64,000 nucleotides of DNA from assembly GCA_045599445.1 (NCBI GenBank), contig JAZRWB010000075.1, forward strand, positions 4,697-68,696, read 5' to 3'. The stretch's first letter is position 1. Each line of letters begins with the position of its first letter. The notes under the pieces are model-generated. The model had not been told where the DNA came from, made no database searches, and saw nothing but the letters and a program-made list of their open reading frames with translations. Origin of the DNA: Kiritimatiellia bacterium. Its GTDB lineage: Bacteria > Verrucomicrobiota > Kiritimatiellia > RFP12 > UBA1067. The translations under genes and the position numbers were made by a program. Shown here in pieces: positions 39,892-47,757 of the stretch.

Positions 39892-41492
39892 AAAAATCGG
39901 TTTCGTTGATAATTGCCGCGTCGTTAGGTCTGTTTCTTGGCGTTATTTTGCCGTTACAGACGTACCTCGCCAACAGTTCGCTTTATCCGTTCTCCGTTTG
40001 GCGATTGGTTGGCGAGAGCTTGGTTTTGGCGATTGCGCTTGCCAGTGCGGTGTTCGTCGTTTTGCTTGCGAGCTCTCGTTTGGGCGGTTATGTACACGCG
40101 ATTTTTACTGCGCTCTTGGTTTGCGTATATCTGGAGTCGGCGTTTCTTTCCGCGAATCTCCCCGAAATCAACGGCGGCTTCATCAAGGAACTCGCTTCGG
40201 TCGGCCGGGGAATTTTCGATCTCGGGGTTTGGGCGCTCGTCCTCGTTGTTTTGGTTGTGTTTACTCGTTTTTTGAGGCCGTACTTTCACATTATCGCTCT
40301 CGCTGTTCTACTGATGGGCATCGCCTCGCTGTTCGACGTGAAAACGGATGAGGATGCATCGCCGTCGGCGGACGCGGGCTCGTCATCCTTGAGTTCGGGT
40401 TTTGAATGGCAGAACGACGTCATCCGAGATGTACGATTTTCGGCGAAGCGCAATGTTCTTGTATTTATTCTCGATTCGCTTCCCGCCAATATGGCGGAAA
40501 ACGCTTTAAACGAAGATCCCGCGCTCAAGGCGAAGTTCGTCGGTTTCACCGCTTACTCCGACAACATCGGGATGCACGATTGCACCAAGCGTGGCCTGCC
40601 GGGAATCATGACCGGCAAGTACTTCGAACCGGGAGTTACCTCGTCCGCCGAGTACCCGATGTCCATGTACGGAGAGGATTCGATTCTCGTCCCCTATGTG
40701 AAGGCAGGGGCGGCGGTGAGTTTTTCACCCGATTTAATGCCTTACGGATACACCAATTCGAAAATCGTCGAGCGTCAGCAGGTAGTCGGCAAGCAGAAGC
40801 GCGGCTGGACGGTACTTTTGAAGCGTTCCACGGAAGTGCCGTATCTCAGTGTCCTTGATGTCGTGGTTTTCAAGCTCGCGCCGTTTCTCGCCAAGGCGCC
40901 GTTCCTCTACGCCAAGATTCGCCACGATCCGATGTTCGAGAAGGCGGAATCGGTTTTTTGGCATGAGCACGTCATGTACCCTCTGTTGGCGGCGTCGCCG
41001 ATTGATCCGAATGTTTCGCTCTCGCTTGGCGTATTCCACAGCTGGGGCGCGCATCCTCCGCTTAAGTTCGATCTTGAAGGAAATCGTATTGATGGCGATG
41101 CCATGGGCGTTGAGAAGTCGATTAATCTCGAAATCCGCAATGCGTTGATTCATCTTTCGCGGCTTTTTGACTCGCTTAAGGCGAGGGGACTTTACGACAA
41201 TTCGACGATCGTCGTTACCGCCGACCATGGGATTGGTCTTGCGCCTTGCGCCGACGCCACGCCACCTAGGAAGTCGGCGGTGTTGTGGGTGAAGCCGGAA
41301 GGGGCGAGTAGCCCGTTCGTCTCGAGCCCGCTAAAAACCTCGCACGTCAAAATCGCCCCGCTCGTCAAGGCAGCTTGTGAACGAGCGCCGACCGCTGCGG
41401 AGATCGACGGTATTCTACATACCGAAAGGCGACTATATCGTGATCAAGACAAATCCACCAGAACTGGCTATCGGGATTGGTGGATCGATTAA
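39888..41492 (+). CDS. Membrane protein of the alkaline-phosphatase/sulfatase superfamily (phospho-substituent transferase-like: EptA/LtaS/OpgB type)
   Basis: About 5 N-terminal TM helices, then 'NVLVFILDSLPANM' and 'STIVVTADHG', the metal/nucleophile blocks of the superfamily. Confidence 0.55.
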   Translation: MKKSVSLIIAASLGLFLGVILPLQTYLANSSLYPFSVWRLVGESLVLAIALASAVFVVLLASSRLGGYVHAIFTALLVCVYLESAFLSANLPEINGGFIKELASVGRGIFDLGVWALVLVVLVVFTRFLRPYFHIIALAVLLMGIASLFDVKTDEDASPSADAGSSSLSSGFEWQNDVIRDVRFSAKRNVLVFILDSLPANMAENALNEDPALKAKFVGFTAYSDNIGMHDCTKRGLPGIMTGKYFEPGVTSSAEYPMSMYGEDSILVPYVKAGAAVSFSPDLMPYGYTNSKIVERQQVVGKQKRGWTVLLKRSTEVPYLSVLDVVVFKLAPFLAKAPFLYAKIRHDPMFEKAESVFWHEHVMYPLLAASPIDPNVSLSLGVFHSWGAHPPLKFDLEGNRIDGDAMGVEKSINLEIRNALIHLSRLFDSLKARGLYDNSTIVVTADHGIGLAPCADATPPRKSAVLWVKPEGASSPFVSSPLKTSHVKIAPLVKAACERAPTAAEIDGILHTERRLYRDQDKSTRTGYRDWWID

Positions 41493-41513
41493 TCGTATTG
41501 GAAGGCAAAGGCG

Positions 41514-42458
41514 ATGAAAATTGCGGTTCTCGTTCCGGTTTACAACGCCGAGCGCTATCTTCGCGAATGCCTCGACTCGATCTTGGCGCAACGCGGAGCA
41601 GAGATTTCGGTTTTCTGTTGTAATGACGGATCCACCGACGGCTCCGAGGCGATTTTGCGCGAATACGCGAATCGATATTCCAACGTCGCGTTCGTTTCGC
41701 AACCGAACGCCGGCGTGGTGGCGACGCGCAATCGTCTGCTCGACGGGCTTTCCGCCGAGTTCGACGCTTTCGCTTTCGTCGATTCCGACGATTATATTGC
41801 GCCGAATATGTATGCGCGTCTCGCGAAGGCGATGGAGGAGAGCGGCGCGGATGTCGCCGAGTGCGGAGCGGGAGCGGACCTAACAATCGACGATATGTCG
41901 GTTTTCGTATTGCGAAAAACCGCTCCCGGCGGGTGGATCAACGTCATCAACAAGCTTTATCGGCGCTCGTCGGTCGGCGAATTTCGTTTTCGCAAAGGTC
42001 TTTCGTTCGAAGAGGATTTCTTTTACAACTATGAAATTAACGCCGCCATTAAACGCAAGGTATTGGTTGCGGAGAACTTCTATACCTATCGCACGAACCC
42101 GGATTCGGCTACCAGTGTGTTGAATTTGCGGAAGTACTTCGATTCCGCTTTCGAGCGAATTCGACTTTCGAGCGAAGTGTTTCTCAACGCCGGGCGCATT
42201 CCCAAGGATAAGGAAGTGGCGTTTCGCGCCGAGCTTGCGAAAGACGCCTATCGGATGATGATTCGAAAGAACTTGAAGAAGAACCAAAACGCCGAGGAGC
42301 GCAAGGAGCTTTTTTTGGCGGCGAGTGATTATTTTGACAAGCTTGAGCGAGAGTATGACTTTAAGGCGGTTGGACTTAATTCGATTCAACATTTGCTTTA
42401 TTGGTGCTGCCGGAAGCGCTATTATTCGCTCGCGCGAATCGTAGTCGCATTTACTTGA
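41514..42458 (+). CDS. Family 2 glycosyltransferase
   Basis: 'KIAVLVPVYNAERYLRECLDSILAQ', 'NDGSTDGS', 'FVDSDDYI'. Confidence 0.85.
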   Translation: MKIAVLVPVYNAERYLRECLDSILAQRGAEISVFCCNDGSTDGSEAILREYANRYSNVAFVSQPNAGVVATRNRLLDGLSAEFDAFAFVDSDDYIAPNMYARLAKAMEESGADVAECGAGADLTIDDMSVFVLRKTAPGGWINVINKLYRRSSVGEFRFRKGLSFEEDFFYNYEINAAIKRKVLVAENFYTYRTNPDSATSVLNLRKYFDSAFERIRLSSEVFLNAGRIPKDKEVAFRAELAKDAYRMMIRKNLKKNQNAEERKELFLAASDYFDKLEREYDFKAVGLNSIQHLLYWCCRKRYYSLARIVVAFT

Positions 42459-42477
42459 GTAGGTATAAGTAAAGTAA

Positions 42478-42497
42478 TCATTCATTATAATGAATGA
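42478..42497. promoter_or_regulatory. Perfect 20-bp palindrome, putative HipB operator 1
   Basis: TCATTCATTA|TAATGAATGA, checked base by base. It contains ATTCAT-N4-ATGAAT and lies just upstream of the -35 of the hip promoter. Confidence 0.55.
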
Positions 42498-42512
42498 ATC
42501 ATCGTTATACGC

Positions 42513-42542
42513 TTGACCGTAGTCATATATTTATGATATTAT
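42513..42542 (+). promoter_or_regulatory. Sigma-70-type promoter of the hipBST-like operon
   Basis: TTGACC (42513-18), an 18-nt spacer, then TGaTATTAT (42534-42). The ATG at 42551 is only 8 nt past the -10, so the mRNA is near-leaderless. Confidence 0.55.
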
Positions 42543-42558
42543 TCATTTAAATGAATAA
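42539..42558. promoter_or_regulatory. Perfect 20-bp palindrome, putative HipB operator 2
   Basis: TTATTCATTT|AAATGAATAA has the same ATTCAT-N4-ATGAAT core as operator 1. It overlaps the -10, the TSS region and the hipB-like start codon. Centre-to-centre distance to operator 1 is 61 bp. Confidence 0.55.
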
Positions 42559-42748
42559 GGAGTCTATAGGTAAATATATATCTGAGCGACGCGAGGCGTT
42601 GAAGGTGTCACAGTATTATTTGGCCAAACTTTCCAATATTTCTGTGCATACGCTATCTAATTTGGAAACTGGTAACGGGAATGTGACTTTGAATACACTG
42701 ATAAAAGTTTGCGAGGTTTTGGGACTAAAAGTGAAAGTTGGAGTATGA
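42551..42748 (+). CDS. hipB: XRE-family helix-turn-helix protein (HipB-like)
   Basis: A 65-aa protein. 'IGKYISERREALKVSQYYLAKLSNISVHTLSNLETGNGNVTLNTLIKVCEVLGL' is a classic Cro/C1 HTH. ATGA overlap with the next gene. Confidence 0.85.
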   Translation: MNKESIGKYISERREALKVSQYYLAKLSNISVHTLSNLETGNGNVTLNTLIKVCEVLGLKVKVGV

Positions 42749-43059
42749 AGGTCGCCAAGGTTCATTATCGGGATATAATCGCGGGATCGCTTGTTCAAGA
42801 TTCCAACGGTTACGTTTTTCGTTATGATCCCAATTATCTTGCGAACTCTTCGCTACCGGACATTTCCGCTACCCTGCCGAAGTCGTCGGCGGAATATCGT
42901 TCGCCATACTTGTTTTCGTTTTTCGCCGGGTTGCTCGCCGAAGGCGTGCAGAAGGAGCGTCAATGTCGAGAGTTGAAGATTGACGAGCATGACGATTTTA
43001 CCCGACTCGTCGAAACCAGTGCTTACGGAGCAATAGGAGCGGTGTATGTTACAGCTTAA
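42745..43059 (+). CDS. hipS: HipA N-terminal-subdomain protein (HipS-like)
   Basis: A 104-aa protein. 'V.YRD..AG.L.....GY.F.YD..YL......P.S..LP' plus 'FSFFAGLLAEG' plus 'GAIGAVYV' parallel E. coli HipA residues 1-105 ('FNFFDNLLPDS', 'DSVGAVTL'). Confidence 0.75.
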   Translation: MKVAKVHYRDIIAGSLVQDSNGYVFRYDPNYLANSSLPDISATLPKSSAEYRSPYLFSFFAGLLAEGVQKERQCRELKIDEHDDFTRLVETSAYGAIGAVYVTA

Positions 43060-43936
43060 TTTTAATTACGGCGATCTTGGATTGCCGGAGTTGAGAGCGA
43101 AAGCCAGTCGCGCATCGATCTCCGGAGTGCAGGAAAAGGTGCAACTCAAGCGGGTGCGTGGAGGATTTGCGGTAGTGGAGACGGGTGGCGACTTTATCTT
43201 GAAGCCGGCGCCACGCAATACGGCGGCGGAGCATTCAGGGGACATACCGCTAAACGAATGGACAACGATGCAAATCGCCAAGCGAATTTTTTCCATCAAT
43301 ACCGCCGAGCACGACTTGGTCGCATTCGCCGATGGTGAACTCGCTTACGTTACCCGACGCTTTGATTATCGCAACGGGGTGAAGATTCGCCAAGAGGATT
43401 TTTGCCAGCTTTCGAATCGTACCGAGGCGAAAGACGGGCCGAATTACAAATACGATGCGAGCTATGAAGAACTCGCCGAATTGATGCGCAAGTACTGCGC
43501 TTCCGCTTTAGTGGACAACCCCAAGGTTTTCAAAATAATTCTTTTTAATTACGTTTTTGCCAATGGAGACGCGCACCTCAAGAATTTTTCGCTGTTGGAT
43601 AGCCCGCAGGGCGACTATATTTTGAGCCCGGCGTACGATTTGCTGAATACCGCCGTCCATTTCCGAAATGAACCGAGCGCCACCGGACTGGATTTCTTCG
43701 CGGACGGACATTTTACCGCGCGCTACGAGGAATTGGGCTTTTACTCATCGGTCGACTTCATCGAACTTGGTAAGTGCTTTTCGGTCGGCGAAGTAGATGT
43801 TCGAGCTATGATTGACGATTTTATCGCCAAGCGTGACGCGGTCTGGGAGTTGATTGGCTCGTCACCACTTTCCGCAGAGGTAAAGCGAATTTATCTAACG
43901 CGCTTCAACGACAGATTGAAGGCAATTTCGTTGTGA
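43046..43936 (+). CDS. hipT: HipA-family Ser/Thr kinase core (HipT-like toxin)
   Basis: 'SISGVQEKV' (cf. SLAGAQEK), 'ILKP', 'NEW..MQIAK', 'YVTRRFDY', 'RQEDFCQL', and catalytic 'NGDAHLKNFSLL' ... 'LSPAYDLLNT'. It overlaps the previous gene by 14 nt. Confidence 0.85.
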   Translation: MLQLNFNYGDLGLPELRAKASRASISGVQEKVQLKRVRGGFAVVETGGDFILKPAPRNTAAEHSGDIPLNEWTTMQIAKRIFSINTAEHDLVAFADGELAYVTRRFDYRNGVKIRQEDFCQLSNRTEAKDGPNYKYDASYEELAELMRKYCASALVDNPKVFKIILFNYVFANGDAHLKNFSLLDSPQGDYILSPAYDLLNTAVHFRNEPSATGLDFFADGHFTARYEELGFYSSVDFIELGKCFSVGEVDVRAMIDDFIAKRDAVWELIGSSPLSAEVKRIYLTRFNDRLKAISL

Positions 43937-43963
43937 TAATATGGTAAAGGTAAAATATTCATT

Positions 43964-44665
43964 ATGATAAACGCAATTAAAACTTATTTGATTAACCTTG
44001 ATCGCAATCCCGAACGGCTTAAGCACATGCAAGCGGTTCTTGGCGGTTTGGGGATTGAGTACGAGCGAATTGCTGGAGTTGACGGCAGGTTGCTTTCGGC
44101 TGAAGAAAAGGCGAAGTCATTTAATGCCAGGCGCTCCTACATTGCGAATAAAGGCGGTATGAGTGATGGTGAAATCGGTTGTGCGCTTTCACATGTTAAA
44201 GTGTATAGAGCAATGGTTGAAGCTGCCGTTGAAGTGGCGCTAATATTGGAGGATGATATTAAGTTGTCTCCTGACATTGGTGAAGCACTTGTCGAAATTA
44301 AAGGTTTAATTGATGTTAAAAAGCCCCAAGTGGTATCGTTGTCGTGTTTATACAATAATGATAAATGCGCTGGCGCCAAGGGATTGGTTTCGCAAAAATC
44401 AATGTGCAGTACGGATGGGTATGTAATTACCCTTCCTGCTGCCAAGGCAATTATTAAAGAAAATTATCCTGTTAAAGTTCCGTCGGATAAGTGGCGAAGG
44501 TTTAGCAAATATGCAGGGGTTAAACTTTTCCGTTTTTTCCCGCCTAAAGTGGCGCAAGTAGGTTTTGCAAGCACAATCATCAATCGCCATGAAAGTTTAT
44601 CAGGGGTGAAAAAGCGTTGGTTGTATTTAGAAGATTGGTTTTTGTCAAGAATTCTTGGTAGATAG
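43964..44665 (+). CDS. Family 25 glycosyltransferase (LOS/LPS beta-1,4-galactosyltransferase-like)
   Basis: 'KTYLINLDRNPERLKHM...L...GIEYERI.GVDG', 'GEIGCALSH..VY', 'ILEDDI' = Glyco_transf_25 pattern (Lic2B/LgtB type). Confidence 0.8.
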   Translation: MINAIKTYLINLDRNPERLKHMQAVLGGLGIEYERIAGVDGRLLSAEEKAKSFNARRSYIANKGGMSDGEIGCALSHVKVYRAMVEAAVEVALILEDDIKLSPDIGEALVEIKGLIDVKKPQVVSLSCLYNNDKCAGAKGLVSQKSMCSTDGYVITLPAAKAIIKENYPVKVPSDKWRRFSKYAGVKLFRFFPPKVAQVGFASTIINRHESLSGVKKRWLYLEDWFLSRILGR

Positions 44666-44686
44666 GCAATAATTTCTTGGCAAATA

Positions 44687-44695
44687 TGATATAAT
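44687..44695 (+). promoter_or_regulatory. Extended -10 promoter element TGaTATAAT (rfbC)
   Basis: ATG 44703 begins 7 nt after the -10, at the expected TSS position (leaderless). Confidence 0.45.
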
Positions 44696-44702
44696 GCGTC
44701 GT

Positions 44703-45248
44703 ATGAAGGTAGTGGATACGATGGTTGTTGGCGTGAAGATTCTTGAGCCGGAAATGCATCGGGATTCTCGCGGGTATTTTTGCGAAACGTACAATCGCGA
44801 TCGCTATTGCGCGCTCGGCATTACCGACGTATTTGTGCAGGACAACGAGAGCTTGTCGATGAAAGGCGTGGTGCGCGGGCTCCATTGGCAGGCGGGCGAA
44901 CACGCGCAGGCGAAGCTACTGCGGGTTATCAGCGGATCGGTTTGGGACGTGGTCGTCGACATTCGCAAGGGTTCGCCGACTTTCGGGAGACACATCTCGG
45001 CGGTGCTTTCGGCGGAGAACGGCCATCAGCTTTACGTTCCGCGTGGCTTCGCCCATGGCTTTATCGTTCTCGAAGATAACACGCTTTTCAGCTACAAATG
45101 CGATAATGGCTATTGCCCTGCGGCCGAGCGGGGAATGCGGTTCGATGATCCGGAACTCAAGATAGAGTGGCCGGATATTGGAGTGAAACTTGTTTTGTCG
45201 GAGAAAGATCGTAAACATCCGTCCCTTGCGGAGATTGAACCGTGGTAA
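44703..45248 (+). CDS. rfbC: dTDP-4-dehydrorhamnose 3,5-epimerase
   Basis: 'GVKILEPE.H.DSRGYF.E.YN', 'Q.N.S.S.KGV.RGLH.Q....AQAKL.RV..G.V.DV.VD.R..SPTFG', 'LYVP.GFAHGF' = RmlC cupin. The track start ATG 44694 sits inside a TGaTATAAT -10 box, so ATG 44703 (MKVVDT...) is preferred. Confidence 0.88.
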   Translation: MKVVDTMVVGVKILEPEMHRDSRGYFCETYNRDRYCALGITDVFVQDNESLSMKGVVRGLHWQAGEHAQAKLLRVISGSVWDVVVDIRKGSPTFGRHISAVLSAENGHQLYVPRGFAHGFIVLEDNTLFSYKCDNGYCPAAERGMRFDDPELKIEWPDIGVKLVLSEKDRKHPSLAEIEPW

Positions 45249-46018
45249 ACATACTTACACTTAAATGGGGCAAGATGTACGATGCGGGCTATGTGAACCG
45301 CATCTATCGTGGCGTCAAGCGGTCGCTTCACCAGCCGTTTCGCTTTGTTTGCGTAACCGACGATCCAACTGGTCTCGAAGAAGGAATCGACGCGCAGCCG
45401 TTCCCAGAAAAGCCCGACTGGCTGAAGCTTAATTGGCGCTATCCCGCGTGGCCGAATATCTACGTTAAGTTGCTCGTTTTCGAGCAGGGCTTCGCCGCGC
45501 TCGAAGGGCCGACGCTCTTCCTTGATATCGATCAGATTATTACCGGAGATCTCGATCCGTTCTTCGAATATAAAAAAGGCGAGTTCTGCATCATCCGCAA
45601 TTGGGTCGCCTTCAGAAAGCGCATCCTCCGGCCGGTGCCGTTTTGCGGAAATTCCTCGTGCTTCCGGTTTGACGCTGGCGAGAAGAGCGACTATATCTTC
45701 CAAAAGTTCAAAGCGGAGATCGATACCGCGCTCGATCCCGAAGTTTACGGTACCGAGCAGGAATACATGACTCACGCCGTCGGGTTTGAGAAGGTGAATT
45801 TTTGGCCGGATAATTTCGTTCGTTCCTTTAAGCGCGCTTGCACTTGGCCTTGGCCGCTCAATCACTTTTTAGTGCCGAGACTGAAGAAGGATACGCACAT
45901 TCTTTGTTTTCACGGCTTCCCGACGCCGGAGCAGGCGATTGCCGGGTTCAAGGGCTCCAAGCACATCGACGGTTGGACTCGCCCCGCGCCGTGGATAAAG
46001 GAGCTTTGGGATAAGTGA
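45242..46018 (+). CDS. Putative nucleotide-sugar-dependent glycosyltransferase (unclassified)
   Basis: 'ILTLKWGKMYDAGYVNRIYRGV....H.PFRFVCVTDD' and a DxD-like 'FLDIDQIITGDLD'. Trp-rich, real-looking composition. The family is not recognised with certainty. Confidence 0.4.
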   Translation: MVNILTLKWGKMYDAGYVNRIYRGVKRSLHQPFRFVCVTDDPTGLEEGIDAQPFPEKPDWLKLNWRYPAWPNIYVKLLVFEQGFAALEGPTLFLDIDQIITGDLDPFFEYKKGEFCIIRNWVAFRKRILRPVPFCGNSSCFRFDAGEKSDYIFQKFKAEIDTALDPEVYGTEQEYMTHAVGFEKVNFWPDNFVRSFKRACTWPWPLNHFLVPRLKKDTHILCFHGFPTPEQAIAGFKGSKHIDGWTRPAPWIKELWDK

Positions 46019-47757
46019 AGACATTTATGAAGGCACTAAAGCCGATAGTTACCGATACATACGATTTTCCGACGCTTATTCGGGATGGAAATGTTTACGT
46101 TGATAAAACGGCGCTTTTACATCGATTGATCTCAAGAGTTGATGGATCGCTATTTTTTATGTCTCGCCCGCGTCGATTTGGTAAGTCGCTAATGATTTCG
46201 ACCTTGGAGCAAATATTTAAGGGGAACAAGGCGCTTTTCAGAGGCCTTGCGATTGCCAAGACAAATTACGATTGGAAATCTTATCCAGTACTTCGCCTTG
46301 ATATGTCACGCTTCGACAATTCATCGGGGGTTGTTGCATTTCAGAATCAGTTAATTGCGAGCTTGGGAGATGGCTTGACGGCCGCTGAGGCATTGGAGCA
46401 TCGCATCACGGAATTGTCTAAGAAATCATCTTTTGGAAAGATAGTTGTGCTTGTTGATGAATACGATAGCCCAATTTCCGGTTTATTAGATCGCCCAGAA
46501 GAAATGGAGCGGATGCGTGAATTATTGCAGTCATTTTATCGTGTTTTAAAGAGTAATGTAGGGCGACTGCATTTTCTAATGATGACTGGCGTGAGTAAAT
46601 TCACGAAGCTATCGGTTTTTTCAGGGATGAATAATTTAACTGACATTTCAATGTCTGAAAATTATGCATCACTTTTGGGTTATACTCGTGAAGAGATTGA
46701 ATGTGTTTTTAGACCGCACATTAAGGCGTTTGCTGATAAGTTGGATAAAACGCCTACGGATATTATAGAGGATTTGCTTGCGTGGTATGATAGTTATCGT
46801 TTCTCTCCTGAAAATGATGTACATGTCAGTAACCCCGTGTCGATTGGTAGAGCATTGCAAGAGCGACGCTTTTATGGGTTTTGGGATGCTACTGGTAGTG
46901 CCACATTGATTGTTGAGAGATTGCGTAAATTAGGGCGCCTTCCGGATGAGATTGAGGGAATTAAGGTTTTCCCTAAAAAATTAGATATTTGCGATGCTAA
47001 AACTTTGCCATTTGCGGCTTTAATGTATCAAGGCGGGTATTTAACTATTAAAGACGTCGATCCGAGTGGTGAGCTTGTGTTGGGCATCCCAAATCGCGAA
47101 GTACGTTTGGCGATTTACGACGGACTGGTCGATTATTTGTTGAAAGATTCTGCAGACGCGTTTACTTCGATGGCAGTTAGCTTAAAAAAACAGTTGGATG
47201 ATGATGAATCTGGCACACAACTAAGACGGGTTTTACAATCGATATTTGCCATGATTCCACACGAGTGGAAATTGAAGAGCGAAGCCGAGGCAAAACGATA
47301 TTTCTTATTGTTCATGAAGATGGCCGGTGCAACCATCAATGCTGAAATTGAATCGGCGAATGGTCGCGCAGATGCAATCCTTGAAACCGAGAAGTGCGTT
47401 TTCATTTTTGAATTTAAATACGGTAAGTCGGCAAATGTGGCGCTCAAGCAATGTCACGCGCGCAAATACGCTCAGCCATACGCTACTGATAAGCGACGTA
47501 TCGTTTATGTCGGGGTTAACTATGACACCCTAAAGCGGGGGATTGACACCCTAAATGACACCCTAAATGACACCCTAAATGACACCCTAAATTCACGCCT
47601 TTTGGCGTTGATTCGTCGGCGTCCTGGTCTGCGTAGACCGGATCTTATGATGTCTTTGGGAGTTTCCGAAAGCTCGGTGGCACGGAGTCTGCGCGAACAA
47701 AAGGATGAAATTGAATTTAGAGGAGCGCCAAAGACAGGCGGATATTTTATCAAGTGA
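46015..47757 (+). CDS. AAA-ATPase-like protein with PD-(D/E)XK nuclease-like domain (PF09820/PF08011 type) plus C-terminal winged-HTH tail
   Basis: 'DFPTLIRDGNVYVDKTALL', 'FFMSRPRRFGKSL' (P-loop-like), 'VLVDEYD', later 'GRADAILETEKCVFIFEFKYGKS' (PD-ExK core). After a (DTLN)4 repeat comes 'LALIRRRPGLRRPDLMMSLGVSESSVARSLREQ'. The start could be ATG 46027 instead of GTG 46015. Confidence 0.7.
   Translation: MKTFMKALKPIVTDTYDFPTLIRDGNVYVDKTALLHRLISRVDGSLFFMSRPRRFGKSLMISTLEQIFKGNKALFRGLAIAKTNYDWKSYPVLRLDMSRFDNSSGVVAFQNQLIASLGDGLTAAEALEHRITELSKKSSFGKIVVLVDEYDSPISGLLDRPEEMERMRELLQSFYRVLKSNVGRLHFLMMTGVSKFTKLSVFSGMNNLTDISMSENYASLLGYTREEIECVFRPHIKAFADKLDKTPTDIIEDLLAWYDSYRFSPENDVHVSNPVSIGRALQERRFYGFWDATGSATLIVERLRKLGRLPDEIEGIKVFPKKLDICDAKTLPFAALMYQGGYLTIKDVDPSGELVLGIPNREVRLAIYDGLVDYLLKDSADAFTSMAVSLKKQLDDDESGTQLRRVLQSIFAMIPHEWKLKSEAEAKRYFLLFMKMAGATINAEIESANGRADAILETEKCVFIFEFKYGKSANVALKQCHARKYAQPYATDKRRIVYVGVNYDTLKRGIDTLNDTLNDTLNDTLNSRLLALIRRRPGLRRPDLMMSLGVSESSVARSLREQKDEIEFRGAPKTGGYFIK
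47524..47592 (+). repeat. 12-bp in-frame tandem repeat GACACCCTAAAT x4 (+1 degenerate copy)
   Basis: Perfect units at 47545-56, 47557-68, 47569-80 and 47581-92, with a degenerate unit GACACCCTAAAG at 47524-35. They encode (DTLN)n between the nuclease-like core and the wHTH tail. Confidence 0.95.

Noticed and set aside
44694-44702. Track start codon ATG 44694 for the rmlC-like gene
   Set aside because: That ATG lies inside the TGATATAAT -10 box. ATG 44703 gives the canonical MK-V-x-T...GV..I.EP RmlC N-terminus.
45110-45865. 251-aa minus-strand ORF in the lower-GC island
   Set aside because: The opposite + frame (45242..46018) has a DxD motif, a Trp-rich globular composition, and start/stop overlaps that fit the operon. 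The minus ORF has no RBS, promoter context or motif.
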